64,000 nucleotides of DNA from Octopus vulgaris (Eukaryota), in contig OX597818.1 of assembly GCA_951406725.2 (NCBI GenBank), positions 122,946,001 to 123,010,000 on the forward strand, read 5' to 3'. Position 1 is the first letter of the stretch, and each line of letters begins with the position of its first letter. The notes under the pieces are model-generated. The model was given only the letters and a program-made list of their open reading frames with translations. It made no database searches and was not told the origin of the DNA. Made by a program: the position numbers and the translations under genes. Below, one piece after another: positions 13,105 to 27,468 of the stretch.

Positions 13105-14105
13105 CAGGTTTTATTATACAGTTAATGACATCTCTCTATATCAGTACCTACATGTGTTTCCGCTGAAAGTTAGTGCACACTGCAAATTTTGCATCTTGAT
13201 GTGCATTTTGGCTTTAATTACTGATGCCTCTTCGTCAGGGTACAATTTCACTGCATTTCAGATACCACCTGAACAGTACTAAACCAACTAAAATTGTGCA
13301 TACACCTGGTGTTAGTGTTCCTTAAAATAACCAAAAATTGTGACCTTTTAACCCGGCTGGTGAGGAAAACAAGTTACTTGCTGTCCGAAATTGGATCAAT
13401 AGTCCGCTAATGTATTAAGTTCATGGTCCTTTACCATTCCATCAGTATAAAAATAGTATTCCTGTTTTATTCGGTGTATCTTGTTACTATAAGTATGTTG
13501 ATATTATTATTGTTATCATCATTATCATTGTTGATAAGCTATTGGTCTATTATTTAATTAGCTAATTCTATAATGGATTTAATTTCATTTAGGGCGATAG
13601 TTAATTTTATTCGTTTATTCTTCTTTACACTCTTTAAAATTATGCTTAATTTATGTTGAAGTTTATATTCAATTTACTTTTCCCTTAGTTTTACTTGATT
13701 TCGATTCTAATTTTAGTATTACCTATCATGCAATTATTTGAATCGGTTAAACGTATACTTCTCTTGATGAATTCATTTGAGTGCGCTTTTGCAGCTATGG
13801 CTTATTAATTTGTATTTTGATGTAAGAATTTCGCAAATATCTTCTACACACAATTCAAACCGTTTGCTTCCTCTTCAGTATGGTTCATCTCTACTAATTA
13901 TAACCCAGGTAATGGCATAACTTTATTATTATCTATTATGAACCAAATTAAATTGCTTGAGCTTCTATTATTCCGCCTATTACTATCCCTAAATGAATGT
14001 TCGTATCTAGTTATTCTACATATGGAAAACGCTTTGCTAACGCCAACAGAGTAATATACCTGATACTCTGAAACTACTTTGCACTTGTATCTTCTTTTCT
14101 CTAAA
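13105..14105 (-). mobile_element. 3' end of a Penelope-like element: GIY-YIG endonuclease remnant, 3' UTR and hammerhead
   Basis: Minus translation YKCKVVSE..YYSVGVSK..RYEHSFRDSNRRN..LIW, then PY*RGSKRFELCVED..IL...K*IHQEKY resembles the PLE GIY-YIG C-terminus; hammerhead motif downstream on the same strand. Confidence 0.7.
13144..13243 (-). ncRNA. Type I hammerhead motif with poorly pairing stem II
   Basis: GTACC-CTGACGA-(71 nt)-GAAA-CACATG-TA-GGTAC; stem I 5 bp perfect, stem III ACA/TGT. Confidence 0.55.
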
Positions 14106-14112
14106 TTCAATA

Positions 14113-14790
14113 TCTATAAAGCAGAAATGCGAAACGTTTGTCTGATTTGGGGATTGGAATTGGGTTAAGGGGCACTAGATTGAGTCGGATTGGCTCCAAA
14201 ATTTACAGGGACATGACATGTAAAAAGAGGCGAGGAAGTGAGTGGGCTACGTTAGAAACACCTATCTCAAAAGCTATGGTTACTAGGGTAATAAACCCCA
14301 CACTTTGACAAGTGTTTGTCGTTTCTCCCTTTGGGATATCACCCTCTCTTCCTCGATCTCTCTCTTTCCTCCCTTCCCTCCAATTTCTCTCTATAACAAC
14401 GTTTGACAGCTTCACCGTCTCTCTTTCACTCTTTCTCCCACCACCGCTCTCACTGTACGTCTGTCTGTATCTATAGAGAGAAAACGTTGACAGCCACAAA
14501 AGTTTAAATATTCCTGCGACAGGTCTTTTTTTGCTCGACACTCGCGTCAGATTTAAGTGTCTTAACTTTTCCCATCAAGATCGTTGCTGCTTCTTTGGAC
14601 CAGTCAGCATAGGTGTTGAGAAGTAGTAATACAACACATAGGTGGTGGTTTCAAATCTCTTTAAAATTTACGAGAGATCTAGTTAAAAATGTTTATTTAC
14701 GCAACAAAATTTCTTTCAACGATTCCTTTCTCTTATGCGTGACACACGCGTCAGGTACGTAAGAAAAACAAATTGGCGTATTACTATTAT
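14113..14790 (+). mobile_element. Possible non-autonomous Helitron-like element
   Basis: Begins A|TCTATAAAGCAGAAATG..GTTTGTCTG and truncates the PLE remnant; no clean 3' hairpin-CTAG seen. Confidence 0.3.
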
Positions 14791-16203
14791 AGATAAATAG
14801 ATAATGTTACCTCTATGATTTCATTAATATAAGAAAATGCGCACAGGTTTGTGTGTATGTGTGCTGCATGAAACTTGGCTGCTCTGCATCTGAATGAAAG
14901 GCACTATTCGTTACTGTATTTTGGAAATATAAGTAAAGCATATAAATAACGTTCTAATAACATGGTCATAGTCTCATTTAAAATCGTTTAACGTCTGGTT
15001 ACATTCTTAAATTCTTTCACTCATGCGTGTTCGGTTTTCTTTTAACATTCCGTTCAATAAATATTCAATAGTTAATATTCAGTCATTTCTTTACATTCCT
15101 ACGTATGGTCTAGTGTTATTAAGTAATGTTTTGCAAACTACTATAATGTACTACAATATTTACTTGTTGAAAACGTATGGCCAAAGGATGAAAATGTTTT
15201 TGCACATATACCGTTTTGACATCTCTGAAGTTAACAGCTTCAGTGTTTGCACTGAAAATTTAATATTACATCGGTTGCCTTTATATTTTATTGGAATGCG
15301 CATTTGTATTTTCATTTTAAGAGAGTCCTTTGTGTTTGGGGATGGGAGGTGGAGTTGATGCTGTGGTGATTTTGTATTACATGAAATACTATGATTTAAT
15401 ATGGTAAAGAAATATGAGCAATCCGATTATTATTATTAACAAAGATGAACCTACCTCACGGCAAGAGGTGCAAATGAGAGTAGCTGTATCAATCTCCATT
15501 CTTCACCAAGTGCCACATATTAGACGAGGTTCGCCGCAATAAGAGTGTAGCACAAAACGGCGGTGCTTCAGCATGGCCGCAGCTCTGAGCTGAAACTAGA
15601 AAGAAAAAAAAGATGGGAACATTACAAAGGTAGATATATTACGACAGGAAATTCTTTGAGATTAGGAATGAAACCATGACGCGACAAAAAATTTTAACTC
15701 CAAAATTTACAACTTCACATGTTCGAAACCGAGCTATTCCTCCACAATATAGAGATGCATTTAGGCCTACCACTGAGCTAGTTTCGTTCAGCTCAATGTC
15801 ATCATTCGCTGAATATCAAGTCCTTTGTACTTAGCACGTGTAGATATAAAGCAAAAAGATATATGTGCTTATTGGGTATATTGCTCGGAAATTTTTGCAG
15901 AAATCCAACGGAGCTGGAAACGTTTCTACTAAAAATAAAGAAAGCCACCTTCGTAATATTTCTTTAAATGAACGTATAGGCTTATATTTTAGACAAGATT
16001 TAGAGTTACTTCTTCATAAGAATGCCAAAATACAAAGAACATTTCTGTTGAACTGCACTACTGATATTTCTATTTTTTGCAGACAAAGCACTCGGTGGAA
16101 AGAGTGGTCAAAGGTCTCGCCAATCAGACATTCCAACTCTGATAATTCACTATATGAAACGAAACCAAACAGAAAAAAAACATCATAGAATTATTTCCGA
16201 AAA

Positions 16204-16418
16204 TACGAGGGTGTACTGAAAAGTTCTTGGAATTTTGCGAAAGAAAATACAGCATGATCAGTTAATTATGATTTTATTCAACATATTCCCCTCTCAGATT
16301 CATACACTTATTGCAGTGTTCCTTGAGTTTTCTAAGCCCTGTAAAAGTATCCTGAAGCTTGGGCTTCCAGCCAAGCGTTTCGCTATACTCTTAAAGCGAG
16401 GAACTCATAGAATTCGTA
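16204..16418. mobile_element. Mariner-derived MITE
   Basis: TACGAGGGTGTACTGAAAAGTTCT terminus, minus-strand transposase tail CNKCMNLRGEYVE*, degenerate right end ..GGAACT..TCGTA. Confidence 0.65.
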
Positions 16419-16424
16419 AAAGTG

Positions 16425-16600
16425 CAAGGCTGAGCGGCTAGGCTAGAGTATTGCGCTCTTGATCTTGAGTTCGTAGTTTCGTTTCCCAGAAACTTTGCAT
16501 TCTTGTGCAAAACACTTTATTTCACCTTCCTCCAGTCCATTCAGTTGAAAGTGGGTAACTCTGCGACGGATTGGTGCTCCGTTAAGTGGGAAAGCAAACT
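16425..16600 (+). mobile_element. Old tRNA/CORE-type SINE remnant
   Basis: TCTTGTGCAAAACACTTTATTTCACC..CTCCAGTCCATTCAG matches the central domain seen at 44113-44429. Confidence 0.55.
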
Positions 16601-17198
16601 TTTTCCGACTAACCAGCGCGTAATTCTAAAGATACAACAATGCGAGGGAGCACGTTGTAACCCGTGGTGTGCAACAACATATGACGATCTGGTCGGCAGA
16701 GTGGTATGCAATTCAGTATAAAGAACCACATGAAACAATAAAAGGAGAGAAAATTTAAATGGTAGTGGGAATGATTTTATCAGTTATAAAATTTCATTCA
16801 TCATAAATTATTGCTATTAGAAAACGACAAGACCACTGCTACCTCTATGAATTCATCCAATTAGAGAAAACAGACAAGTTAATGATATGCATCTAAATTA
16901 CACACAAATGACTACTAACTAAATAAAAAAATCCTTAATAAAAACGAATAAACACGGACAGTAGTTATATCATATTTCGTAATACAGCATGTTTGAAAGG
17001 AAAATGTGTACAAAAATATATACATATAAGCGTGTGTGTGTGTGTTTGTGAATACATAGATGTATCTACACAAGTATAAGGTTAAGCATATTCATAGATA
17101 TAACATATACAGGAACAGGTGATGTCATTAAATATATTTATTTTCCTGTTTATCTATCTTTTCCTTTCTACGTACACACACACAGATGTGTGTATGTA

Positions 17199-17253
<55 letters not shown>

Positions 17254-17267
17254 ATATATATATATAT

Positions 17268-17377
17268 GGCCTGCTCGCTTAGCCAGCGGGGTGGCGTCAT
17301 TCGAAGGCTAAAACAATGCAAACACATTGTGACCAGTGATGTGTAACAACATGTGATGGTCTGGTCGATCACATGAT

Positions 17378-17385
<8 letters not shown>
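17268..17385 (+). repeat. ~110-bp dispersed repeat (probable SINE 3' segment) in (TA)n
   Basis: Homologous to 35757-35866 with the same boundaries. Confidence 0.8.
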
Positions 17386-17422
<37 letters not shown>

Positions 17423-18002
17423 TAGATATATATAGATAGATAGATATATATATAAGTTTTATCTTAATAATTCTGATGCGCATTCTATACGATATTTTTT
17501 CTCTCTTATTTTCTCTCTTATTTGTTTACCTCCTCTTCTCCCACTATTCGATCCTATTCCACGGTCATTCTCTTTCCCTCACTCCTCCTCCCTTTCATTT
17601 TCTCCGTTGAACATGGAACAAGGAAGATGTGTTCCTGTTTGTCTCCTGTCCTAGATTGATCTACGCATTCACCACCACAACCTCGTTTAGGCTTAACATC
17701 CCTTCCTGTTTGTTTTCAGTGTCCTGCTTGTGTTACCTATTTTGACCCTCCGCAAAATCACAAGTTTTGATGAATTTGCCTGCGGGAGCAACTGTTTTAT
17801 CGAAAGCGGATATTGTTGTTACATGCTCAAAATACGAGACTAGAAAAGCAGCCAACAACTGATGAAGGGTCGTTCTTTATGTTGTTTGTTTCGTTTTCCA
17901 TTTGTGTCTTTCGTTTTTCGAAAGAGTAGTTCATGTCCCATATACTCGTGCTTCGTACTGTTTTGTTGTACACGTTTCACAACGTCCTGTGCCTACATAT
18001 GC

Positions 18003-18088
<86 letters not shown>

Positions 18089-18304
18089 ATGCGTGTGTGT
18101 GTGTGTGCGTGTGTGTGTATATATATACGTATACAGATAAGTATATACATATATATTATTTGTATTATTATTATTATTATTATATATTTATGTATGTATG
18201 TATACATGTATACATATATATATATATATGTAAATGTATATATCTGTTTGTATATCTATATACATATGTATGTATGTATATATATATATATATATGTATA
18301 TTTA

Positions 18305-18347
<43 letters not shown>

Positions 18348-18741
18348 GTAACTGTGTGTGTGTTTGTCTGTGTCTCTGTATGTGTGTGTGTATCTATGTA
18401 TGTATATTCACTAACGAAAATGGCATTTTCACGCAATATAAACATAGGATACCTGGCTGTTCATGCGTAAATGCATTTTGCATTACAAATAGTGTATAAC
18501 AGGAGATAAACGTTCTCCCTTTAAAATAGATGTGCATTATGTGTAATGGTGCTGTTGCAGACGTGTATTGCTTTTGCAATGATGATGATCCATCATCATG
18601 ATATTCATCATCACCTACATATTCACTGACATATGAGCATCATAAACATCACATTCGGCAGAATCATTACCATTACGATGGTGATGATGACGGTATTTTA
18701 AAAGAAAACATATTTTTTATCATTGACATAACCTACACATG

Positions 18742-18818
<77 letters not shown>

Positions 18819-18936
18819 GTATGTATTTATACGTGTATGTATATATATATATATATATATGTATACGTTTGTATATACAAACATATACATATATGCATAT
18901 ATATATTCATACATATATACATATACACATCTATGT

Positions 18937-18982
<46 letters not shown>

Positions 18983-19229
18983 TAGAATGTATATGTATAA
19001 TCAGTATATACATTACATACACACACATATGTATATGTATGTGTGTATGTATATATACAATATGTTATGTTATGTATACATACTTACACACATACATGTA
19101 TCCTTGCAAGTATACCGCATACATACATGTACATAAGCGTATAGTTATTATTATCACCAGGTATTTCTAATATATAACAACTATAAGCTCTGCACATAAA
19201 ATATAGTATTAGAATATTCCATATACAAT

Positions 19230-19570
19230 TTCTGAAATAATGGGATATGATGATGCATTCCGACAAACAGAAAAACTACACAACCTGGCTTGATATCAAC
19301 ATGAAAGACGAGAAGCAAATGTCTTTCCTCTTCATTGATATGCTGCGCTCAACAAGCGGGAAAAATGCAATCAATTTTGTCGCAGCTATTGTACTCCTAA
19401 AATGTTATCCGGAAAGAAAGACACTAGATGTAAAAGTGCTGCAACTTAATATATTGCCCGTTATGACTGCACTTTGGATATGTTAGACAGAATATTACCC
19501 AAGAGTGTATTTGAAGTTTATTCATACGAATTTACCTCGATAAAAACTGAACTTTCAGAAATTAGTTTGT
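19230..19570 (+). mobile_element. R4/Dong-like LINE REL endonuclease remnant (highly decayed)
   Basis: WDMMMHSDK...DINMKDEKQMSFLFIDM resembles ILWD..IHTD..RPDIVI.D....LID. Confidence 0.5.
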
Positions 19571-19892
19571 GTGAATTAGAATTATTTTCTCAATCTAATA
19601 TTAGTAATGTCTATGTAGGTCTATGTAGGTCTATCTATGTTATTTAGACCTGTTGAATATCTGTCTGTACATTTGCAAGAAATCTTTCTGTGTATTATCT
19701 ACATCTGAGAAAATCTGTATATAGGAATATTTACGGCGAATTAAAAGAATGTGCACATAAGCAGAAAGATGCGAGAATATAAAGAGTTAGAGAGAAATTA
19801 TTCTCAGTAATGTCTACATATTTGATCCCACGTCCACAAATACAACGCCTGCAGTAAATTACAAGTGGTAATAATGAATATCGGGATAACTA

Positions 19893-20274
<382 letters not shown>

Positions 20275-20289
20275 AAACCTGTCCCCAGT

Positions 20290-20910
20290 AATCTTTGTAT
20301 GTGCATGATGCCACTAACACCAAGGAAAGCAAAGGTTGGGTATGTATTCAAATGCCAGCAGCAAATGGTCAACCACTTGTTATTAATGGATGACCTCAAA
20401 CTTTATTGTAATGATGAATCCCAAGTCAGTTCGATCCTTGATACGGTGTGTACTTTCAGTGCTGATATCAGAATGGAGTTAGTACTGAAGAAGTGTGGTG
20501 CGTTAGTCTTGAAGAGAATTAAAATCGAATGTATGGACGGGCTAACGATACCGTCGGGGGAGGTTATGAAGCAGATAGAAGAGACGGGCTATAAGTACTT
20601 GAGGATATTGGAAATGGATAAATTGATGGAGAAGGAACTGACAGAAAAATTTAAGGTGGAGTACTTGCGCAGACTGAGACTGATCCTTAAGTTCAAATTA
20701 AATGGACGGAATATGATTGAAGCTATCAACACCTGGCGGTTTCACTGCTGAGATATGGAGCAGTGTTTATCACATGGACAGTAGATGAACTAAACAGCTT
20801 AGACAGAAAAGACGATGAAGTTGCTGACTAGATATGGGATACTCCACCAAAAAAGTGACACAGAGAGACTGTATGTTCCAAGAAAAAGAGAGGGAAGAGG
20901 ACATAGCATG
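20290..20910 (+). mobile_element. R4/Dong-clade LINE RT fragment
   Basis: VNHLLLMDDLKLY, DIRMELVLKKC, YKYLRILE, EYLRRLRLILKFKLNGRNMIEAINTW, LDRKT, RLYVPRKREGRG. Confidence 0.9.
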
Positions 20911-21024
20911 TCTATGTATGTATGTATGTATGTATTTTTTCTCTAGTTTCAGCTCAGAGCTGCGGCCATGCTGATGCACCGCCGTTGTGTATGTATTATA
21001 TATGTGTGTATGTATGTATGTGTG

Positions 21025-21220
21025 CGTGTCTGTAAGTCTGTATTGTCCCACATCACCTCCTGACAAAAGGCGTTGGTGTGTTCATATCACTGTAACAAAA
21101 GGGACAAAAGCAGAAGTACTAGGCTTACAAAGAATAAGTAACGGGGTCGATTTGTTCGAGTAAAATCTTTCAAAGCAGTACTCCAGCGTGGTAGTAGTCA
21201 AATGACTAAACAAATAAAAG
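21025..21220 (+). mobile_element. SINE family B, 3' half, diverged
   Basis: AGTACTAGGCTTACAAAGAATAAG..GGGGTCGATTTG..GTCAAATGACT matches 31453-31840. Confidence 0.8.
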
Positions 21221-21322
21221 TATACATACATACATACATACATAAATATGTATAAATATATGTGTGTAGACATAATACACACAGGTAGAAAATGATACAC
21301 ACACATATATATTTAAATATAA

Positions 21323-21354
<32 letters not shown>

Positions 21355-21369
21355 ATATATATATACACT

Positions 21370-21465
<96 letters not shown>

Positions 21466-21816
21466 ATGTGTGTGTTGCGCGCGTGTATGAGTGTATATAC
21501 ATATGACTTGTAATTAAGTGATTATATTAACGTTCATTGAATAGACTCTAAGTAAATATTCTCTCTTATATACAGCATTGGTAATACTTTATTCTGTTAG
21601 ATCTGTTCTCCGGATGACAGTAGCAATAATTTTATCAAATAATTTTTAAAAATACACATATATTATTCAATATGTATATTTGAAATCGATATCATATTAC
21701 TTTGGTAACATTGATCCCGTGATCTGTACACTCGGGTAAGCATAGGCTTTCGTGTGCGGCTTATTTCAAGTAAAATAATAATAAGTTATATGCATGAATA
21801 TATATATATGTATGTA

Positions 21817-21871
<55 letters not shown>

Positions 21872-21947
21872 GCATGCATATTTTCATATTTATATATATA
21901 TATATATATACATATGTATACATATATACATAAATACATGCATACAT

Positions 21948-22013
<66 letters not shown>

Positions 22014-24257
22014 TTATTTAGATGCATGTAGAAGGGCGGCCGCTGAAATATCTATAATGAGGATGCAAGGTAAAAATCTACCTGTACATTTATTGATTCG
22101 TCTATCTATAAATCTCGCTTTAATGTATTTCTCATTCATCAGATTCTGTTTTCTAATCCCGGTATTTTCACTGCTTCCTTAATTATTTATATATAGCCTT
22201 ATCGATTTGCCGTATAATTAACGCACTACATCAGTAATATTATTAAACCGCTTAAAGTAGATATTCTTCAGCAGGCGATTTGCTTAAAGCTCCGCCGAGT
22301 TTTGTTAATTTTCAAATAAGTAATTTGCGGAAAGTATACTCTGAGTGATATGGTGAATAAACGATTGTCGTTGTCACCTGATTTTCCTCTTTAAATGTGA
22401 TGGCATACAATCTTTATATATCATTACATATTTTTTCTTTTATTTCTTTTGTTTACTCATATGATTGCAGCTATAGAAGGGCATACAGTTTTGACTTTTT
22501 AGTCGAGTTAGTACCATTCAATCTGACGGTCTCAAAAGTACTAAAATGAGTGTTGCCTGGAAACAAACATACCTTAGATATACCACAGTCATTCACTCTT
22601 AAATTTAGGAAGGATTAAACAATAACATCAATAATTAAACTACAACAAAGAAATACATTTACCGTATGTACAACAGTATCGGTAAATAAATTCAATTAGT
22701 ACACCTGTAATTAACTCGTAAATTCTATAACTAACTAGTAAGAAATATTTTAAATCCATATAGATAATATTCCTTCTAGCCTTCCATAGTTATTAATATG
22801 AAAGTGAAAGCCTTATGTATATACAAATGTAAACGCATAAATAAAATTATATATGCATTTATGCATATATAATACATATGCATATATATACAACTGTATA
22901 TGCATACATATAATATATATGTATATATTGTATATGTGTGTATATACATATATATATATATACATACATAGATAATATACATACATATATACTACATATA
23001 TACATGCATACATACATACATACATACATACATACATACATACATACATACATACATACATACATGCATGCATACATACATACATACATACATACATACA
23101 TACATACACATATACATACATAAGCACAATAGACCTGATATAAAGATGTGAGATAGAGAAGAGAAATTATGTACGCGCTGAACTATTGAGAAATCTGCAG
23201 TTACTCTATCCTGATTACAAGTTCAGGTTTTGGCACCCTGGGATATGTAACACATTGCCTAAATACCAATCTTGAGAATTTAGGCTTCTCAAAACCAGAA
23301 AAGAGAAATCTAATTCGAATACTACATATCCAGCCCATCACTGGAGCTGTAAAAATCTGTAAAATTTTCCAGAAGTTAATCTTTTAAATGTAAAAGAGCA
23401 TGAGAATAGATACATAAAACAAAACAAACTAATCTGCGCATATACATACATACATGTAAAAATACTCTTTTGTTGATGCTGAAATTCCAATGAAGGATCT
23501 AGGTTAGCATCCGACTCTTTCTCTATTGGCAAGAAATCTTGAAATAATACTGAACAATCACACGCGTGCGCGCGCATATACACACACTGGAGTAACGGGT
23601 TTCTACAGTTTCCGACTTCCAAATTTATACACAAGATTTTGTTCTATCCGTGGGTACACGTAAAACCCTTGCCGCATATGCTGCACTATGAGTTATAACA
23701 TGTACCTTAGTCGTTGTAGAGGGAACGTATTCACCACAAGACTACACTTGCTTATAAATATATTACACAATTTGTCTTTCATTGCGTCCAGTTTGACATG
23801 GTTTAAACACTGCTTAGCGTACATCAAAGTTTAACGTAATTTGTTCATTGGTTTACCGCGTTCTTACACTGGTATCATGTCTTTCCACTTAGTTATTTTT
23901 ACTCATCTATTTGTTGGATAAGAAAGCCAATGCAACAGTAGTCTTAACTTGATTCCGTCTCCATAACTCATTATTTATGATAATTTTGATCAACTCACAG
24001 GAAGCAACTGCTAGAGACTTAAAACCCGACCAATCACTAGGCTCTCTATCGAAAACACGCCATGGAGTGTTCTATCTTACCGTTCATTTGATATATTAAT
24101 TGAGCTGCGAAGCACAGTCACGCACGGTAAATAGAATATATTCGTTTTCTCAATAAATGCGCAGCAACAAGCGATGGTACATCATGTAGACAGTTTAGTA
24201 ATATTACAACTTATACTTGATGTAAAATTAGAAAAAAGCACAGCTTATGTTGGTTAG

Positions 24258-24479
24258 ATGGCAGAAACGTTGGTGCGCCGGGCGAAATGTTTAGCGATAT
24301 TTCGTTTGCCGTTACGTTCTGAGTTCAAATTCCGCCGAGGTCGACTTTGCATTTCATCCTTTCGGGGTCGATAAATAAAGTACCAGTTACGCACTAGGGC
24401 CGATGTAATCGACTTAATCCTTTTGTCTGTCTTTGTTTGTCCCCTCTATGTTTAGCCCCTTGAGGGCAATAAAGAAATA
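24258..24479 (+). mobile_element. SINE family C (Meta-domain-like) with 12-bp TSD
   Basis: B box GAGTTCAAATTCC, central GTCGACTTTGCATTTCATCCTTTCGGGGTCGATAAA; TSD TATGTTGGTTAG at 24246-24257 and 24480-24491. Confidence 0.9.
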
Positions 24480-24589
24480 TATGTTGGTTAGTTTTATATC
24501 ACGGGTCGGAAGTATCTTGGATTTCATGTAGACATCTTTAGCAATGTAGCTTTCTTTGTATTTGTTTCTTTATTATGTTGTAGCATTAG

Positions 24590-24620
24590 TATCTGTAGTG
24601 TTGGTAAAATTGTTAGTAGC

Positions 24621-24651
<31 letters not shown>

Positions 24652-24786
24652 GTAGTAGCAGCAGAAGCAGAAGCAGCAGTAGTAGTAGCTGTTGTTATAG
24701 TGGTGGTGGTACTGGTGGTAGTAGTAGTAGTAGTAGTAGTAGCAGCAGCAGCAGCAGTAGTAGTAGCTGTTGTTATAGTGGTGGTG

Positions 24787-24832
<46 letters not shown>

Positions 24833-24876
24833 CAGCAGCAGTAGCAGTAGTAGCTGTTGTTGTGGTGGTGGTAGTG

Positions 24877-24919
<43 letters not shown>

Positions 24920-24995
24920 CAGTAGTAGTAGTAGTAGTAGTAGTAGCTGTTATTGTAGTGGTGGTGGTAGTGGTAGTGATGGTAGTAGTAGTAGT
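24590..24995. repeat. (GTA)/(GCA)/(GTG) trinucleotide array
   Basis: Direct inspection; source of the poly-V and poly-T ORFs. Confidence 0.97.
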
Positions 24996-25049
24996 CGATG
25001 AGATTGCCTCTACGTGGTCACTTGACTTAGCTAGAAAAAGCAATCAGAA

Positions 25050-25190
25050 TGCGTCACCGAGATCAACGAGTATAAAATCTTGTGGAATTTTACAATCCAG
25101 CGTAACACAGTCATTGATGCTTGGAGACCCAACATTGTTGCTGTGGATTAAAGGAAGAAGGAAACCAGCCGTACATGACGTCCTGGTGTT
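25050..25190 (+). mobile_element. R4/Dong REL fragment (short second copy)
   Basis: VTEINEYKILWNFTIQRNTVIDAWRPNIVAVD; paralogous to 25740-25840. Confidence 0.75.
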
Positions 25191-25328
25191 TAGAACCTGT
25201 TCATACGCTATTTCTCAACGAAAGGCTGGAAGTATTAGCTGGAATATCTTTGATCATAGATGTACATGTTCTAATACTACATTTTTTCATAAAACGTTCC
25301 ATATGAAAACAAAACAAATAATAATAGT

Positions 25329-25538
25329 CCTTTCGGTTATAGGCACAAAGCCTGAAATTTGTGGGGAGAGGTCAAGTCGATTACATCAACTCCAGTATTC
25401 CACTGGTACTTAATTTGTCGACCCCGAAAGGATGAAACGCAAAGTCGACCTCGGCGGAATATGAACTCAGAACGTAATGACGGACGAAATGCCGCTAAGC
25501 ATTTTGCTCGGCGTGCTAACGATTTTATCAGCTCGCCT
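25329..25538 (-). mobile_element. SINE family C (alternative tail)
   Basis: Reverse complement of family C head and central domain. Confidence 0.85.
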
Positions 25539-25546
25539 CTTTAGAA

Positions 25547-25587
<41 letters not shown>

Positions 25588-25599
25588 AATGATGACAAA

Positions 25600-26290
25600 A
25601 TATTGTGAGAGAGTCTAGCGAACTAGCCCAAAATGAATACAAAATGCATGCTGGCATAGCTACGTTTGCTCCCCGGAGATTGTGTGAGAAATGTTCTCTT
25701 GAAAGGACACAGCAATGGTACGTGTAAAAGCCAGAAGGCTTCATCGAGAATAATGAGTATAAAATCTTGTGGGATTTTACAGTCCAGTGTGATTCAGTTC
25801 TTCATGCTTAGGGACCAGACATTGTCGCAGTGAATAAAAGGGAGAAAGATTCCAAAACTGCAGCCATACCTGGGGATGCAGGAGTGGGTGACAAAGAGCT
25901 GGAAAAGACTAAAAAATGCAAGCTACTAAAAGGCGAAATTGCTCGAATGTGGGCAAAGAGAGTAACTGTTATACTAGTAGTTGTAAGGGTACTGGGAGCA
26001 CTAACACCCAGGTTTGAGAAATATGTCGGAGAAATTGGAATTGATATGGTGATAGAACATGCTCAGAAAGTTACTCTATTTAGGACAGCGGAGAAATTGA
26101 GGTTGGTACTTGGGTATTATGTATAGAGGAATGAGACCCTATGAGACCTTTGACAAGTTGCAGCCCGCTCTTACAGAATTAACAAGAGAAAGTAAAATCG
26201 AGACAAGAGCTCCGGGAAATAAAACGGAAAGAAGGACATCACAAGAAGACAGCAAATTGCGTGGAGAAAGAATTGGAAAAGACAGTGTTA
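25600..26290 (+). mobile_element. R4/Dong-clade LINE 3' end (REL endonuclease and 3' UTR)
   Basis: ELAQNEYK, QWY..KPEGFIENNEYKILWDFTVQCD, PDIVAVNKREK, AIPGD, EIARMW, VLGAL..., RTAEKLRLVL. Confidence 0.88.
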
Positions 26291-26292
26291 TG

Positions 26293-27468
26293 CAAAAGTT
26301 ATTCGAAAATTTTCTCCCAAAATTTTTTGAAAATTTTTTGAAAATTTTCCGCAAAAATTTTTGAAAACTTTTTCGAAAATTTTCCACAGTAATTCTTGAA
26401 AAATATTTTGCAAATTTCCCCCAGAAATTTTTGAAAAGTTTTTCGAATATTTTCCCCAAAAATTTTTGAAAAATTTTTTGTAAATTTTCCCCAAAATTTT
26501 TGAAAAGGTTTTCGAAAATTTCCCCAATAATTTTTGGAAAATTTCCCTCAAAAGTTTTTGAGAAGCTTTTCGAAAATTTTGCCCAAAAGTTTTTGAAAAT
26601 TTTCTCGAAAATTTTCTCCAAAATTTTAGAAAAATCTTTCGAAAATTTTCCCCAAAAGTCTTTGAAAAATTTTTTGAAATACTTTTGAAAAAATTTTTTG
26701 AAAAATATTTTTGAAAAAATTTTTGGAAAGTTTTGCCCAAAAATTTTTGAAAAGATTTTCGAAAACTTTGCCCAAAAACTCTTGAAAACTTTTTTCGAGA
26801 ATTTTCTCCCAAATTTTAGAAAAGTGTTTTGAAAATTTTTCGCAAAAATTTTTGAAAAGTTTTTCGAAAATTTTCACCCCAAAAGTTTTGAAAAGTTTTT
26901 CGTAAATTTTCGCCAAAAATTTTTGAAAAGTTTTTCGAAAATTTTGCCCAAAAATTTTTGAAAAGTTTTTTGAAAAGTTTTTCGAAAATTTTGCCCAAAA
27001 ATTTTTGAAATGTTTTTTCGAGAATTTTTCTCGAAAATTTTAGAAAAATTTTTTGAAAATTTCCGCAAAAATTTTTGAAAAATTATTCGAAAATTTTCTC
27101 CAAAATTTCTTGAAAAATATTTTGAAAATTTTCCTCAAAAGTTTTCGAAAAATTTTTGGAAAATTTTTCCCAAAAAATTTTTGAAAAGGTTTTTCGAAAA
27201 TTTTCGCCAAAAATTGTTGCAAAGTCTTTCGAAAATTTTTCCCAAAATTTTTGAAAACTTTTTTGATAATTTTCCTCAAAATTTTTGAAAAGTTTTTCGA
27301 AAATTTTGCCCAAAAGTTTTTGAAAAGTTTTTTCGAAAATTTTCTCAAATTTTAGAAAAATTTTTTGAAAATTTTCCCCAAAAATTTTTGAAAAATTTCT
27401 TGAAAATTTTCCTCAACAATTTTTCAAAAAAATTTTTCGAAAATTTTCCCCAAAGATGTTTGAAAAAG
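26293..27468. repeat. ~35-bp A/T-tract minisatellite, roughly 30+ degenerate units
   Basis: Unit like TTTTCGAAAATTTTGCCCAAAAATTTTTGAAAAGT repeated over ~1.2 kb. Confidence 0.92.

Noticed and set aside
16083-16200. Strong acceptor followed by short open frames
   Set aside because: No recognisable product or donor; unsupported
17765-17930. TTGATGA..GAAA and CTGATGA..GAAA in a TA-flanked insert
   Set aside because: Stems I-III cannot be paired convincingly; possibly a decayed pLTR
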